The position numbers and the translations under genes are program-made. Shown here one piece after another: positions 24,107-37,790 of a stretch of DNA of 64,000 nt. Position 1 is the first letter of the stretch; the number at the start of each line of letters is the position of its first letter. This stretch comes from Lama glama. Its lineage: Eukaryota. The notes below the pieces were generated by a model that saw only the letters and a program-made list of their open reading frames with translations, was not told the DNA's origin and made no database searches. Where the stretch lies: assembly GCA_028534125.1 (NCBI GenBank), contig CM052817.1:55368001-55432000 (forward strand). Direction: 5' to 3'.

Positions 24107-27100
24107 ACTCTATTTTGATAAGTTGATACCTTCTTAAAATAGCTTCCTAAACTGCAAATAAATTTAAGTTCATCTCAACATTGGGGCAAAATTTAATTGT
24201 TTCTTATTTAGTTTAAAACTGCTTATACATTCATTACTTGGAATGAATTGAAATGGAATTAATATGCATATGGTCTAAACACGTTTTTATGACCTTACTA
24301 GTCTTTAATGTTTCTCAATTTTTTCATTTGTTTACATTAAAAATTATTTTCTTTTGCCTGGCTTCACTTTGATAGCTTTCTCCGTATGTCAGAGGATTAC
24401 ATGATCACTTTTTTAGTTAGGCAAAATAATTTCTTTTCTTGATCTCAAATGATGTACTTCTACCAGCCTAAAATTCCTAAAATGTCAAGCAAAAAAAAAT
24501 GAATATTTTATATCAGATTATAATTTCTAACAGTTTAAAAATTTTGAGATATCAGAAGAAATGCAGTGTTTTAGTGATCTTTCATTTCTGATTGTTTTAA
24601 TGAAAGTAGAAGACAAACTTACAGATCTATGCTCACTCATTCATGTTTATGCACTTGGTCTGTGTCAATTTGCCTTGATGTACACTGCAGTTAGAAATGG
24701 CTCCTACTCCAATGGGCCACAAAATTGACAACTAACTGGAAGGGTACACTTTGCAAGCCAAGAGTATGTTTAAAGAATGTGTTTGTGGTGAATAGAAGAA
24801 AAACTAATAGTGGAAATTCAGTTAACATATGGCATACTTCATGGTCCATACAAAACATCCCCATACGCATTAAATTAAGGTTCTTTCACCCTATCACAAT
24901 CAGGAGACTTGTGTGTAGCAGAGAAAGCTTTGAAGAATTTGAGCAATTCTGTGGACAGCTTCCATTTAAACTTTTATTTTCTTACCACAAATAGTTCTTC
25001 CTACATCATATTAATTTAAAACAATTACCTTCTCTCAACTTCGCTTTCTTTCATTTACTTTGAAGCTGGTTCCTCAATAATGTTATTAATAGATTATTAT
25101 ATGATCTGCAGTTTTAAATCTACGGAATACTATAAAGGCATTTAATTGGCTGTCTTATTGTTTACTGGATGATGAAAATTATGTTTGGTCCTGGGTCACA
25201 TACACTCATTGCTGTAAGAGAATGAACTTCTAATACCTAAGTTATAGCTCTTTCTCTTGCTCTAATATATGATTTACCAGTGTAGTGTGTACCTGTGAGA
25301 CTAGACAATCATATATACAATTGTGTCTTCAAGAAATTGCATACTGTATAACCTAAAATATCCTAATAAGGGTAGAGTTGAACTATCCTTTAAATGCCAC
25401 TCAGAAAAAAAGAGAATTAACATAATTTAGAAGTTAGTTTTGAAATTTATAAGTGGTTACTTAATAATATATTCACATATAATAATATGAATATACAAAA
25501 TAAATTATAGATTTTTTAAACAATAATCTAATATGGAAAATAAATAATATGAGAAAGTCACATGGAGGAAGGACATATTTTTATTTTCAAAAATGTACCA
25601 AATATTTTAAAACTATTTAAATATTCAAATTTTTTCTGTAAAAATATTTGCACAGTAAAGTTAAAAGTATATACAGAAATAAAGGTATAATTAAGGATTT
25701 GAAATTAGTGAAATTTATTTGCTACATTCCATGTCTGATTTCATTATTCATAGTTTTTCTTTTTCACCAATATTTGTAGGACTTCTTTTCTGGCTTCTTT
25801 TGTGCACCTTCTCTGATATTCTGACAAGAACTGCAAGGCTTGAAGGAAGTGATCTTTCTCTTAGAGTCTCTGGTTTTAATTGATGTTATAGTAGGAACCA
25901 TTAATTTATAGTATTTTTCTAGAAAGATATGTGGTATGCTGACAGTGTAAATCTGTTACTGCTTACTTCATCCCAATAGTTACATTCTGGCCATTTTTAT
26001 TAGTCTCCTTATATCATATTTAATTTTCTTAATAATTATCAGGTCTTAACAAGCATGGGTCAATTCATTGTATTAGAGGCTATAAAGTAACTGTTTAAAA
26101 AATTCTGAAGTTTATCCACAAGGTATTGACTTATTTTAATCTGCTTTTCAAGACTCAAGGGTGATGTAAGTTATTCTTTGAGATAATTTTAGTCGCAATT
26201 ATGGGAAAAAGTCATGCTCTTTTGAAAACAACACAGAATATGACTATTTTATTCTAATAAATTCTAATTCACTGAAGAGTGGCTTATGACTATTCACCAT
26301 ATATGCTTATAATTACACAGTTTTTAAGTATATTAGGCACTTGGAAAAATTACTGTGTTTTTAATCTATTTGCAGATTTTAGTATTTTCAAAAATTCAAA
26401 CCCTCTTCTATCTTCTTTCCCCTACCCTCATTCCTGGGACTCACAAAATATGAAACCTTGGGGACAGTTAAATTCCTTCAATCTCAGATTATTTGTAACC
26501 GAATTCTTCTTCATTGCCTAGTCCAATGCATTCTGTCCCTACAATCAATATCCTTAATTAGTTCAAAATTTATTTTACATATACTTTTATGTTTGGGTAA
26601 AGCACTATTGTTTATGTTTACTAATTGTAATAAATTATCAAATTATAATCACAGTGGACATATGAACAGATCCCTGTCACATTTTCTAACAGTAAATATG
26701 GGTGATTGGACAAATTCAACTTCATCTATTCACAACAGGTCATCTGTGTCCACAATCAGTCAAAAGATTCTCAATTTCTCTGGGAAACATGGCATTCTCA
26801 TGTTTTATTCTTTGTAAAAGATTAATAATAGTTTTTGTGATGAGAAGGAGTTTCTGCTATTTAAATACTGAAACAATAAAATAAGGACTTTAAGAAAGTC
26901 TTCCTTTAAGAAAGATTCATTTATAAAAGGAAAACATTTCTACCTGGTCACTAAGCTTAAATTCTCAGAACTTCTTTAATATCTATGTATGTTTTCAATG
27001 TATCTAAAACGTTTGGCCAGCTGAGTTTTGTTGTTTCATCAGTAAATACTATATTTAAGTCTGAATTTATGTCTAATTGGGAATTATAGTTTTTTCTTTA

Positions 27101-27519
27101 TTGCTTTCTTGAAATCCTATCGCCTTTAATTTACACAGAGTTTTGATAAATTCAGAATATGCAAATATTTGAATCACTAGCTTATTTGAATGCTAATTAA
27201 CAGTGAAGTCTTGTTTGCTGACAAGTTGCACAAACAATGGCATTCAAAGAGTACCACAATAAAAGCAAACAAACATAATATTTCCATATTTCTAACATTG
27301 GCAAATAAAAGGCAACAATCATTTTTGATAATTTGAGGAAATAAATAAGCAAAAAGAGTAGGAAAAGAAATATAGCCAAACAAAAAACAAGGAAGTCCTC
27401 CCAAGTAGATTTTAAGAGTCCACTAGTACTCTTTTATAAACTTATTTCAGCAAAATAGTGTAAAGCCTTTGAGTCACCTTTAAGGAAGTTTTTTTTATAA
27501 GGCTCTTTAGTAATGTTTC

Positions 27520-27880
27520 CACAGATTAGAATCTTGAGGAAATCGTGTTTAAGATAAGACTAAAGGATGAACAGAAGTTAAATTAGTAGGGTTATCTACA
27601 TAAAGTTTGGGGGCAGGGAAGGCATGATGATGCGATGATGATGTGTGTGGAGAGAGTTCCAGGCTGAGGGGTCAACACAGAAAAGGGGCAGAATGCCGCA
27701 TGACGTGCTGTAAACAAAAAAGACTGAATGCAGAAAGTGAGAGTTGTACCTTTTAAGTAGTGTCTTAAGTCCCATAGAGAGTAAAAGACAAAAGTATAAA
27801 GTTTGGAAGTATCTTACTGAATATGCAGCAGAAACATACATTATAGATTTTAAGTGAATGATAGTTACAATAGAAATGCA
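27520..27880 (-). mobile_element. L2 LINE fragment
   Basis: gaggaaatcgtgtttaagataagactaaaggatgaacagaagtt...gttccaggctgagggg. Confidence 0.55.
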
Positions 27881-28239
27881 TTCTTAGGTGCTAACACGAC
27901 TAGGAATTGCAAAGACCATCTTTTAAAGGAAATTTTTAGGAATTTTTAGGAATTGCAAAGACAGGTTTGACTTCCTAGAATATTTCAGTATTCATAGCTT
28001 TCTTTCATAGCTAACTTCAGTAATTACCTCTAGATTACTTACATATTTCACACAAACAAAGATCCTATCAAAACAGAAATTTAAAACAAAGAAGAAATAT
28101 TTGTATCATATCTTTAGAAGAAAGAAAAAAATTCCTCCCCTGCCTCTGAATATTCAGCTGTTCATTCTTATCTCTCTCACCCCAGAGGACTCATTACTGG
28201 ACTGGGAATGCCTGGGCTGTGGTTTAATTGGATAGGTTC

Positions 28240-31152
28240 TGTGACCAGCAGCCACTAAGCTGGTCCCTAGTAGTCCCTCCTCTTGTTTTTCACACCCAGG
28301 TATAGTACCTTCCATTGAGTGAGGGTTTGGCTTTTTGCCTCACTTCCATTTATGTTACATAGCAGAAGGAATCAAATGATAATCAGTTTATAAAAAAAGC
28401 TGTGACTCCTATCCTGAGTACTCTCATTTTCTTTTGAAATCACTCACCCCAGAAGAACTCAGGCCCCATGCTGTGAACCAGCCTTGTAGAGAGACCCAAA
28501 AAGCAAGTGACCAGGGACGATAATGTAAGTAAGTTTAAAAATGTACTCCCTCAGTCAAACCTTCACAAGAAAGTACAGTCTCAGCTGAAATTGTGAACAC
28601 TGCCTCATGAAAGGCCTTGAGCCAAAGGTACCAGTAAAGGTATGCCCAGATTTCTAACCCACTGAAACTGTGAAATGATAAATGTTTGTCATTTTATTTC
28701 ACTAAATTTTGGAGTAATTTTTAAATGCAGTAATAGAGAACTCATACAGAGCTTGGACTAAGAGTAAAGTGCTGTCATAACTAAAACTAAAATGCGGGCA
28801 TATCTTTGAAACCAGGCAACCATGTGAGGACAGTGTTAAGTTAAAGCCTGAATTACCTTGTTCCTAGAAGCTCCATAGTCTTATATAAGGCAGCCTGTGT
28901 GGGCTTCCAAGAAAGTAAGGAAAATTGTCTTAGAAACTGGAGGAAGGAGATCACTGTTAAGCAGAAGCAGAAAGTTTATCAGTACTCTTGCCTGCAGAAG
29001 TGAGTAAGGTAGAAAGTGTGCCTAATTAACAGGATAATCTAAAGAGTTTTTTAAGCAGAATTGAGGGTACTGTCTAAATTCTTTTTGCTACTTATAGAAG
29101 AATGTGAGATGAGAGAGAGACTTTGAGGATAGGACTGTTATGCATAAAGGAGACGAGACTTAATGATTTTGGAAATTCTCAGCCTTTACAGATGGAAAAT
29201 GATGCTGAAAATAATAAGTTGTTACCAAGCAAAGATTCAATCCAGGAAACTCTGAAAAATATAGTCTAAAGTTGAGATGAGGATGGGGATTGTAAAATCC
29301 TTTGTTCAAATCTCAGTATGATGAAAGATGGCGTCTCAGAGCACTGAGATAGACAACACCCTTTTAAGAGTATTAAGACTATGCTTCATGGTTCTCTCAA
29401 TTAAACAGCAGAGGTTCTGAGATGCTTAAGGGTGCTGTCTGTCAGCTATCTCAGAAGAAGCCAAAAGGAGATTTGTGGATATAGGTTTGTCAAGTGGAGT
29501 GAACACCAGTAAGATTCCCAAAATACCTACACATTTAAAAATTATATTTCTATAATTGCAGAAAAAATTGCCAGCTTGGACTGAAAAGTACACATACCAT
29601 ACATAAGGAAAAGGGGATATTGCATGCCCCAAATTCTACTAGCAGATAAGAAAACTCAGTGGCACACATGTGCTACTTTTAATGGGGAAAAAACCAAAAG
29701 GAAGCATGTCTCTAAGCTGAATTAAGAACTTTGAAGAAAAACTCCTGGGCAGAAGAAGAATTGAGTCCTAATCAAGGAATGTTCAACATTTTCCTAGCTA
29801 GATTTCAAATCTGCTATGGACAAATATTCCTGTACCATTTCCCTCTTCTGAATAAAAATGTTTCTGGTGAGAATCCTAGGGTAATTTTACTATTACATGT
29901 TTGGTGTGTGTGTGTTTGTGGTGTGTTGTCTCTTTAAGTCATAGGTCTATAGATTGAGAGAAACTGTACCCAAAGGGCTGTACTTGAGAAACTATATCTA
30001 AAAAGCCATATCTGCACCTAGACCTGATTTAGATGACAAGATTTTGGATATTAGACGGATCTCATAATGGGCTTAGTCTGCTGTGGGCCTTGGAGAGTTT
30101 GACTGAGAAAGATCACCTGGAGGCAGAGGGTGAATTGTGGTATCAACCTCCATGATTGCTTTCAGTGATCCGACCCCTTACATATTCATATCCTTGTCTA
30201 TTTCTCTAAAACAGGACTAGTATGACTAGTAGAATATAACAGATGTGATGTTAGGTCACTTCTGAAATTAGGTTATAAAAGTCATTTTGGCTTCTGTCTT
30301 GTTTGCTCACATTCCTCTTTTTTGGATTACACATCTGGGGAGATCCGTTTATATTTTTATGAGCAACTGTGTGGTAACTCCACATGACAAAGAATTGAGC
30401 CCTTTTGTCCACAGCCACAGAAATGAGCTTGAAAGCAGTTCCTTAAGACCCAGTCAAGCCTTTAGAAGTCTGCAGTCTCAAATGACAACTTGATTACAAC
30501 CTCAGGAGGGATCTGGACTAGAAACACCTAGCTAACCTGATGCCAGATTCCTGGTCTCCTGAAACTGAGATAATAAATGTATATCCCTGCAGCCGATAAA
30601 TCTTAGAGTAATTTTTTACAGCAGTAGATAACTGTATTAGGATTCTCCAGAGAAACAAAACCAATAGGATATATAGAGATATAGAAAAAGAAGTTTATTA
30701 TGGGATTTGGCTCATGCAATTATGGAGGCTGAGATATGCCATGATATACCATCTGCAAGTTGGAGAACCAGGAAAGTGGGTGGTATAATCTGTGTTATGT
30801 CAGAAGGCTAAGAACGAAGGAGGCAGCTGGTGTAAGTCTTAAAGTTCAAAGACCCAGAGCTTCAGTGTCTCCAGGAGCTCTTCTGTCTTAGGGCAGGAGA
30901 AGATGGATGTTCTACTTCAAGAAGGGAGAAAATTCACCCTTCCTCTGCCTTGTTGATCTATTCAGATCCTCACTGGTTTGGATGATGCCCACTCATGTTG
31001 GTGAGGGGGAATCTGGTTTACACAGTTTAGTGATTCAAATGCTAATCTCTTCCAGAAACACCCTCACACGTATACCCGGAAATAATGTTTTACAAGCTAT
31101 CTGTCATTCAAAGAGTCAACACATAAACTTAACCATCACAGTAGCTATTGCA
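28240..31152 (+). mobile_element. Two-LTR MaLR provirus (MLT1F-like): 5' LTR 28240-28748, internal 28749-30135, 3' LTR 30136-30632 plus 31141-31152
   Basis: Both LTRs end with the MLT1 signature (gaaactg(t)gagataataaatgt...gcagta(a)tagataac); purine tract ggaggcagagggtgaat before the 3' LTR; MaLR-type internal sequence. Confidence 0.8.
30633..31140 (-). mobile_element. MLT2B/C-like ERV-L solo LTR inserted in the end of the MaLR 3' LTR
   Basis: tgtattaggattctccagagaaacaaaaccaatagga ... aaacttaaccatcaca; degenerate 5-bp TSD ataac/gtagc. Confidence 0.88.
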
Positions 31153-31224
31153 GATACTAATCTGGTCAGTTACAGGAAAGCCAGAGCATTAGTGTTTTGA
31201 GGTGTCATCTGAGTGTACTCACAC

Positions 31225-31710
31225 ATTCACCTTCGTTTTTCTTCACTTTTCTTCTTTCTTTCCTCCCTCCCTCCCACCTTTCCCTCCTTTTCTCTTTGCT
31301 TCCTTCTGTCTTTTCTTTCTTTCTGAAAATATTTTTTGAACTTCTATGTGTCATATTCAGGGAATTCAGCAATGAACAAGGCAGAGATGTTTTAAGCTGC
31401 TTAGATTCTGGTAGGGGGAATATAAACACTGCTTTCCTTCTAGTGAAGGAAATGAAAAATAATTATGCATATACAATAATAAATAATGCGAATTTAAGCA
31501 GTAACATGTTACATAAATCAACGGAACATGAAATGTTTGTCGTGAGGGGACACCTAGAGAAGACATTTTAGATAGGAATTCAGAAATACCACTTTTAATA
31601 GGTAACAGATGAATCCATACCTGAATGATGCAAAGAGAGGAAAATGTGACAGCCTTGGAAAAGAATACTCCAGGCAGAGGAATTGGCATGTGCAAAATCT
31701 ATGATTGTAA
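31225..31710 (-). mobile_element. L2 3' fragment with CT-rich tail expansion
   Basis: CT-rich tract 31230-31325, then aatgaacaaggcagagatg and actccaggcagaggaattggcatgtgcaaa. Confidence 0.6.
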
Positions 31711-31730
31711 TTCTATTCCCTTTATTTTTC

Positions 31731-32100
31731 TGTGGTTATTAACAACCTCCAGGACTTCTTTCTGGTAAATCTAATTGGTCCAGGAGTGAAAATATGACCT
31801 AGCCCAAATAATTGGGATCTGTCTTCTCTTGGGCACAAACAAGAAGGCACCTTGCCTCATTTGTTGCTAGCAGCCCCCTTAAACCCATGGGAGAAGTCAG
31901 GCTGGTAACAAAACCAGCATGGTGGGAAGGCAGAGGCCATAAAATACAGAAAAACAGAGAAGAAATCTTGATAGTTTTATACTCAAAGCTTACATACTTC
32001 TGAAACTTCTGTTTTGTGAGATAATTAATTGTATTGTTTTCTAGAACATGTTTGCTGCAAGTTTCTATAATGTGGTCAGAAGCATCTGTATCTGATTTAT
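31731..32100 (+). mobile_element. MLT1I/J-like MaLR LTR
   Basis: taattggtccaggagtgaaaatatgacctagccc...tacttctgaaacttctgttttgtgagataat. Confidence 0.55.
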
Positions 32101-34037
32101 CTTTAGTCCATTTATTCCACTTACATAAATTTATCACATAAAAATAGTTATTTCTTGAAGTATATGACATACACATTCACAGACACAAAGAGAAATTACT
32201 GAAAAATATACAGAAATATTTATTAAGACTTCCCAATTAGCTCATGTTACCTTCCTTATAATCAGAAAAACTCAATATTATACATACACAGAGAATACCC
32301 CATTCAGTACACCCAGCAAAATATTAACTTACTCATTATCCAATTTAATTGGAAATATAATGAATGCCTTGCTAATGGTAACAAGTAGGCTCTTTTCTAA
32401 TGATCTTGTAGTAAAAGTGAAATTAAGTTTGATAATTCGAACACTTACAAGTGAATGGTATTTTTATAATCATCTTTATTTCAACAGTTATTTAATCACT
32501 GAGTGTATTATCTTGAATAAGTAAATAAAGTCAAACTTATATAACTATATTAAACATAGAAATAAGAGGGAAATTGGATAAAAAAGAAATGGAGGATTAT
32601 TTTCAAGATTCTACTTCACATAGAAATGTAAACCATGAAAAATCATAGCAAGCTAAGAGAAAATGAATCAGTGCATTTCTGAATATCATGCATACGTTTA
32701 GACCTCTCTTCCTTTGATATTAAGTTATAATTTTTTAATGCTTTAATTGTCTAAAAATTCCTTCAGGGAAATTTTGTCCCAGTTTTCTAAAATGATTTGG
32801 AAATATACTTTTATAATTATATATAATTTTGCATATTTCATGGTTATGAAAGTAAACTATATCAGAGCCTTGAAGTTGAAAAGATGAACAAAATAAAGTT
32901 GAAGGATTAAAATGTTAATTAGCACAGGAGAAAAACAGACTTTTTTTTCAAAAATTGTGTAACATCTATATTTCTTTAGAATAATTGTTGAGCCCTGAAG
33001 AGAGAGATTTGGGAAACAAATTGAATTAAAAGTAGTTGGCTTCCTAAAATAACTTTTATACATTGTCCTCTTTATTCACTTTGTCATATAATATTAAATT
33101 CCACCTTGTTTGACACACACACACAGAGAAATCTAAAGCACAATTTATAATGAAAAATGAATAATAATTATAAAGTTGGTTGCACTACAACACAACACAG
33201 CAGCTAAACATGTGAAACAAAATCATTCAGAAATAGAAGATGATTGAAATAAAACGCAGCTGCTATGTAATACATCTTTCTTTAACTGGTATAGACCTAC
33301 TAGACAAAATTTAGTATTAGAAAAATTCAATACTTTAATTAATGCATTTGATTTTATAAATTCACATATACTCAGAAAATTGAGATGGTGGTCATTTTTC
33401 CTGCCAGTTAGGTTTAGTACCATAAGGATGAAAGGTAATAAAGCCTAAAAATCAGAACTTTTTGCACTGAAGTCTGGACTTGCTATAAAAACCTTTCTCT
33501 CTCTGAGTACCACCTCAAAGCTGGTAGCCTTCTGGTTCATTCAGTAAATAGGACAGAAGAGTCTTCTCAAGTTTAGAATATGCATCAGAACCCAATATGG
33601 CCCTTCAACTACCAAGCTGTCTTCTTAGAAGTAGGAGTTGAGGTGCATTAATTTGTTCTGTGATTTGGATCATGCATGCCCAAAAGCCACTATACCCCTA
33701 AAAACTTTACTTATGTGATGTACCTCTGAATTAAAAATGTTCATCTCCTACCATCTCAATCATGTGTGTCTCATCAAGTCTTCAGGTGTACTTGCCAGTT
33801 CTTGTACTCTGGTCTGATTCATAGACCAACATGCGGAACTGTGAACTGTCCATTATAGTCCAGGGGCCTTTGGATATTTTACATTTTCTCAACCAAGACT
33901 GAAAATTCATTCTATTGTCCATCACCTATAAATGTGAATTGCTGCTTTACCTCCCTCCTAATAGGAATAGAGAGGATTGCATTCACCAGATCAATTTCTA
34001 CATACCGTATGTCAATGGCTATGTCAAACTGGTCTTT

Positions 34038-34092
34038 AAAACCAAACCAAACCAACCAACCGAACAAACAAACAAACAAACAAACAAAAACA
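34038..34092. repeat. (AAACC)n/(AAAC)n microsatellite inside the RT relic
   Basis: aaaaccaaaccaaaccaaccaaccgaacaaacaaacaaacaaacaaacaaaaac. Confidence 0.9.
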
Positions 34093-35171
34093 GTTCTTAC
34101 CGCTGCAGTTAGGGCCACTCCTTGGTTCAGTTTGAGGTAGTCCATCATGACGTTAAAAACCAGACTTTTGTATGTTTCTGTGTGACATATACATCTACTA
34201 GGAGATCCAGGTGAAACCAGGAGTCTTAGGTAATCATGTCAGATCAGTATCTGCACCCAATAACTCCTGAAAAATCTGGGTATTCTCTTTTTCCCCAAAG
34301 CTTGTTACTTGAGTAAATTTCCATAGATCCCTATGTGAAAAGACAAAGAGTAATGACTTCTCAGTGCACTTGCCATGGTATTACAGGATCTTTCTTCAAA
34401 AGGGCCTGGTTTCTTCTCAGTCCAGAGGGCTCCAGGGAGGTCAGAGAAACAATTCAAATCTAAAAAGTTGGCCAGAGACAGAGACTTTTCACTAGTGTCC
34501 TTAGCTTTCTGATCATCCATCCTTGATTTCTTTTCATTATATAAATTAGTCAATACCGTTGTTGCCTATCCATCTATCTTGTCTCTGGGGATTGCCATAT
34601 TGTTTTAACTATTTCATGTCTTTCTGCATGGCAGCCTCTGATAGCTATCTTCTGATTTTGCTGTTTATTATAATATTTGTAACTACTTTGCTTCTGATAG
34701 GTAAGTGCTACCACCTGGCTTCTGTTATTTAGGGTCTTACCATCTCATTGCTATCAGAAAATCCAGTTGTATAACAGCATCTCCTATTGTCAGCCATAGC
34801 CTACAGAGACTAGTCACCAACCACTAAGCTGCTCAAATGATAGTGGTATATTCCACATCACTGTGGTAACTAGATGCTCCTCTAGGTCTCCCTTAGCTTT
34901 TACAGCTGGTGGTTTTCTTGGCCTTCCAGAGTGCATCTGCTCTGTCAAGCTCACCTCTCTGAGATTTGTGATCCCTTTCTTCACCATGTTGACAGCATTT
35001 CTGAAATTCCTACTTTACTTAGTATGGCCCATGTGTTTTTCTGAGTTTCCAAGATCCATGTTAGCTTGCAAATACTATTCCCCAAGTCCATGCCAAAACA
35101 TCAAATCCTGTTTTGGGGATAATATTCTCATCAATAAACTCTTCTTATACAACTTGATTCCTTCCTCCTCT

Positions 35172-35698
35172 TGTTACCAATTCCAAACTTGTACTGCTCA
35201 CTGCAAGCCAGGCCAATAAATCAAGAGAGGAGTTGTTGGGTCAAGGAATAGTGACTTTATTCAGAAAGCCAGCAGACCAAGAAGATAATGGATTGTTGTC
35301 CCAAAAAACCATCTTATCTGAGTTAGAATTCAAGCTTCTTTTATACTAAAGTGGGGTGGGATGGCTGGTTATTGCAAACTTCTTGATGCCAGAATCCTTT
35401 GTTCTTGCAGCTTGCCACACAGATCAGCTCTTGATGTTTCTCTAAACCTCCCACAAAACATGTTATTCTCTGTTCTGCAGGTTTTTATCTCTGTATGAAT
35501 GAAAAGTGTTATAGCTTCGAAGGTCAAGCCTGGTAGGCAGAGCCTTGAGAATGCACTATCATGTATATTTCAGGCTTTAGGCACCATTCTTTTTTCGATG
35601 GTACAGAGCCAGCATGACTAAGCACAGGCAACAGAACACAAAGGTTAGAGCTAAAGGATAGATCCAATATGGAGTCAGATTTGTTCTTCTCTGTTTCA
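35172..35698 (-). mobile_element. Cetartiodactyl-type ERV1 solo LTR
   Basis: tgttacc...gtttca termini; actttattc (AATAAA on the minus strand) near 35255; ccaatatggagtcagattt near the right end. Confidence 0.8.
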
Positions 35699-36318
35699 GA
35701 GGCAATTCTGCTGTCTTTCAAGAAGGGAGCAAGGCTCCAATATTCCTGGAGAATCTGTGTGTTCAAGGCTCTCATTTGGATCTTCCCAGATATCACCAAC
35801 TCAAGTCTAAGGCTTTCATTCCTTCTCTATTAGATCTTGATCTTGACATCAGAGACCTGCCAGGACTGAGAATTTTAAATTCTCTGAAGATCTGTTACAT
35901 TTAAGTTTTAATTCTGAGCCTAGTCCTCCATTCTCTGCGGGAGATTGGGCTTTCCTTGACTGCTAAGGAGGTCCTTGGGCTTTCACAGTTTGCCTTGAAT
36001 TAGTGATAATCTCTCCTTGCCTGTCGTTTTCTCTCTTCAATAAACCTGAGTTGCTTGACAATAAAAAAATCCATTTAATTTTCCTTATACATAACATTTC
36101 CCTCCTGCCTATCAAGAACTAATAATATTGCACTTACCAGTACATCCCTTTATACTTGTATTATATCACTACTGAGAAAATTTCTAACAATTGCTAGGAG
36201 TGATCCCTCCACCATTTACCAACAACATAAGGTTCTCATTGCAAGATGGCCAGTTAGTGATCCATCCCCAAAATTTGATTTTTGATCCTATTTCTCAGGA
36301 CCACCCAAAGGCTCCAAA

Positions 36319-36740
36319 TGTCTTAGATTGAATTCCCTAGAAACAGACTCTCAGATTGAAAGCTGTGCATAGGTGGTTCATTAAAGAATAACTTGGAACA
36401 TACAAGTGCAGGGAAGGTAGGAGGAAGTGGAAAGAAGGAGAAGCTGAAGCATAATGCAGTTGCCACTAAGGCTGAAGCCAGTCCTGCCTGGAACTGTGAA
36501 CCCAGAAGGGTCCTTTAGAGTGGTCCAAAATTGAGACCAGGGGGCTAAGTCTTTGTTTACCTGCTTAACTCTGGTATTTCTCATCCACTGTCTCATGGAA
36601 AGGAACATAAACTTTGGCAACTTCCTGTGTCTGAAGACAATTCATAGTTAGGCAAGTATCTGTCAACTGTTACGTGGTGCTGGGTAATATTGTTGTCCCT
36701 GAATAAGGGACTGGTTGGGGCATCAGAGACATCCACTATA
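36319..36740 (-). mobile_element. LTR16C-like 5' LTR of the adjacent ERV-L
   Basis: tgtcttagattgaattccctagaaacagactctcagat...atgcagttgccactaaggc...catccactata. Confidence 0.8.
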
Positions 36741-36779
36741 GCAAGGATTTGAGAAACTAATTGGAAAGGTTATCTTCCG

Positions 36780-37790
36780 AGAAAAATGATAGTAAGTAAA
36801 ATTAACCCACAAAGTGAAAAACTTGTTTAGGCCAACACTGTAGAGGAATATAGACAGTTAATTTAAAATGCATCATTAAAAGACACCAAAATAGATGGCC
36901 TGAGCTATACTAATGAATATTTTACAATTATACGTTACAGCAAAATTTGTGATAAGGAATAGCCACAAAAACATAGGGAAAGAGGGCAATAAAGAAATCT
37001 ATTTAATTGAATTAAAATTACACTTGTATGGAATAGTCAAATACACATCAGTAGAACAAGTTAGAGAATTAAGAAATATATCTCAGAAAATTTGACATCC
37101 ATATACACCCTATATGTATACATGTATTTGAATTCAGTAGACAGAGGATAGATTTGAAATAGTTGGTGCTGGCACATTCGTTAACCAGCTGGAAGAAAAT
37201 AAAAATGTATATACATTTGTAATGTAATTAAATTCTTATATATTATAAATATAAATAGAAAAAGAAAATAAAATTCTATCAGGTAAATTTAGGAAATTAC
37301 ATTTAGAGAAGTTATGTAAGTTTTAGATCCTGAATTTATAAAGTAAAATGTATTCATATATGACTGAAGTTTAAAAAATCTTTTTATGTTTAAAGATATA
37401 GTAAAAAAAAGTAAAAAGACATGAAAGCATTGGAAAAAATAAATGTGTACTGCACGTGACGAAAGAAAAGAATTATAAGAATCTGAAAAGGAAAAAAAAA
37501 AGTATGTATATGTACAAGTGAATAACTTTGCTCTACACCTGAAAGTAACATTGTAAATCAAGTACACTTCAATAATTTTTTTTTAAAAAAATGATCACAT
37601 ATTTTCAAGAAAAAGATAAAATCAAAAAGTATTAGGGATATGAATAGAAAATTCATAGAAATGTAAGTTAAAAACATAAAATAATGCATACTCAGATTCA
37701 CATCTGTTGTTAGAGAAGTGCAGATTGTAGTGGCAAAGATATAATTTGCACACAACTAACTAACCAAAAATTAAGAGTCTGATTATTTGG
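36780..37790 (+). mobile_element. Very old L1 ORF2 remnant with a short younger L1 3' end (~37478-37590)
   Basis: A-rich L1-like sequence; actttgctctacacctgaaagtaacattgtaaatcaagtacacttcaataa is a cetartiodactyl L1 terminus. Confidence 0.6.

Larger units (their letters stand above)
33480..36318 (-). pseudogene. Decayed ERV-L internal region (gag, protease, RT)
   Basis: Minus ORF 33912-34148 DYLKLNQGVALTAAV...YVEIDLVNAILSIPI...QQFTF resembles ERV-L RT; ENTQIFQELLGADTDLT resembles the protease LLDTGSELT; Gag remnants at 34700-36200; stops and frameshifts throughout. Confidence 0.85.

Noticed and set aside
24640..27420. Long repeat-poor stretch searched for coding exons (ORFs 24725-24994, 26458-26817)
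   Set aside because: No convincing paired splice sites or recognisable peptide; composition typical of AT-rich non-coding DNA
31197..32176. Cluster of 100-125 aa ORFs
   Set aside because: They overlap CT-rich low-complexity, L2 and MLT1 sequence; no protein homology recognised
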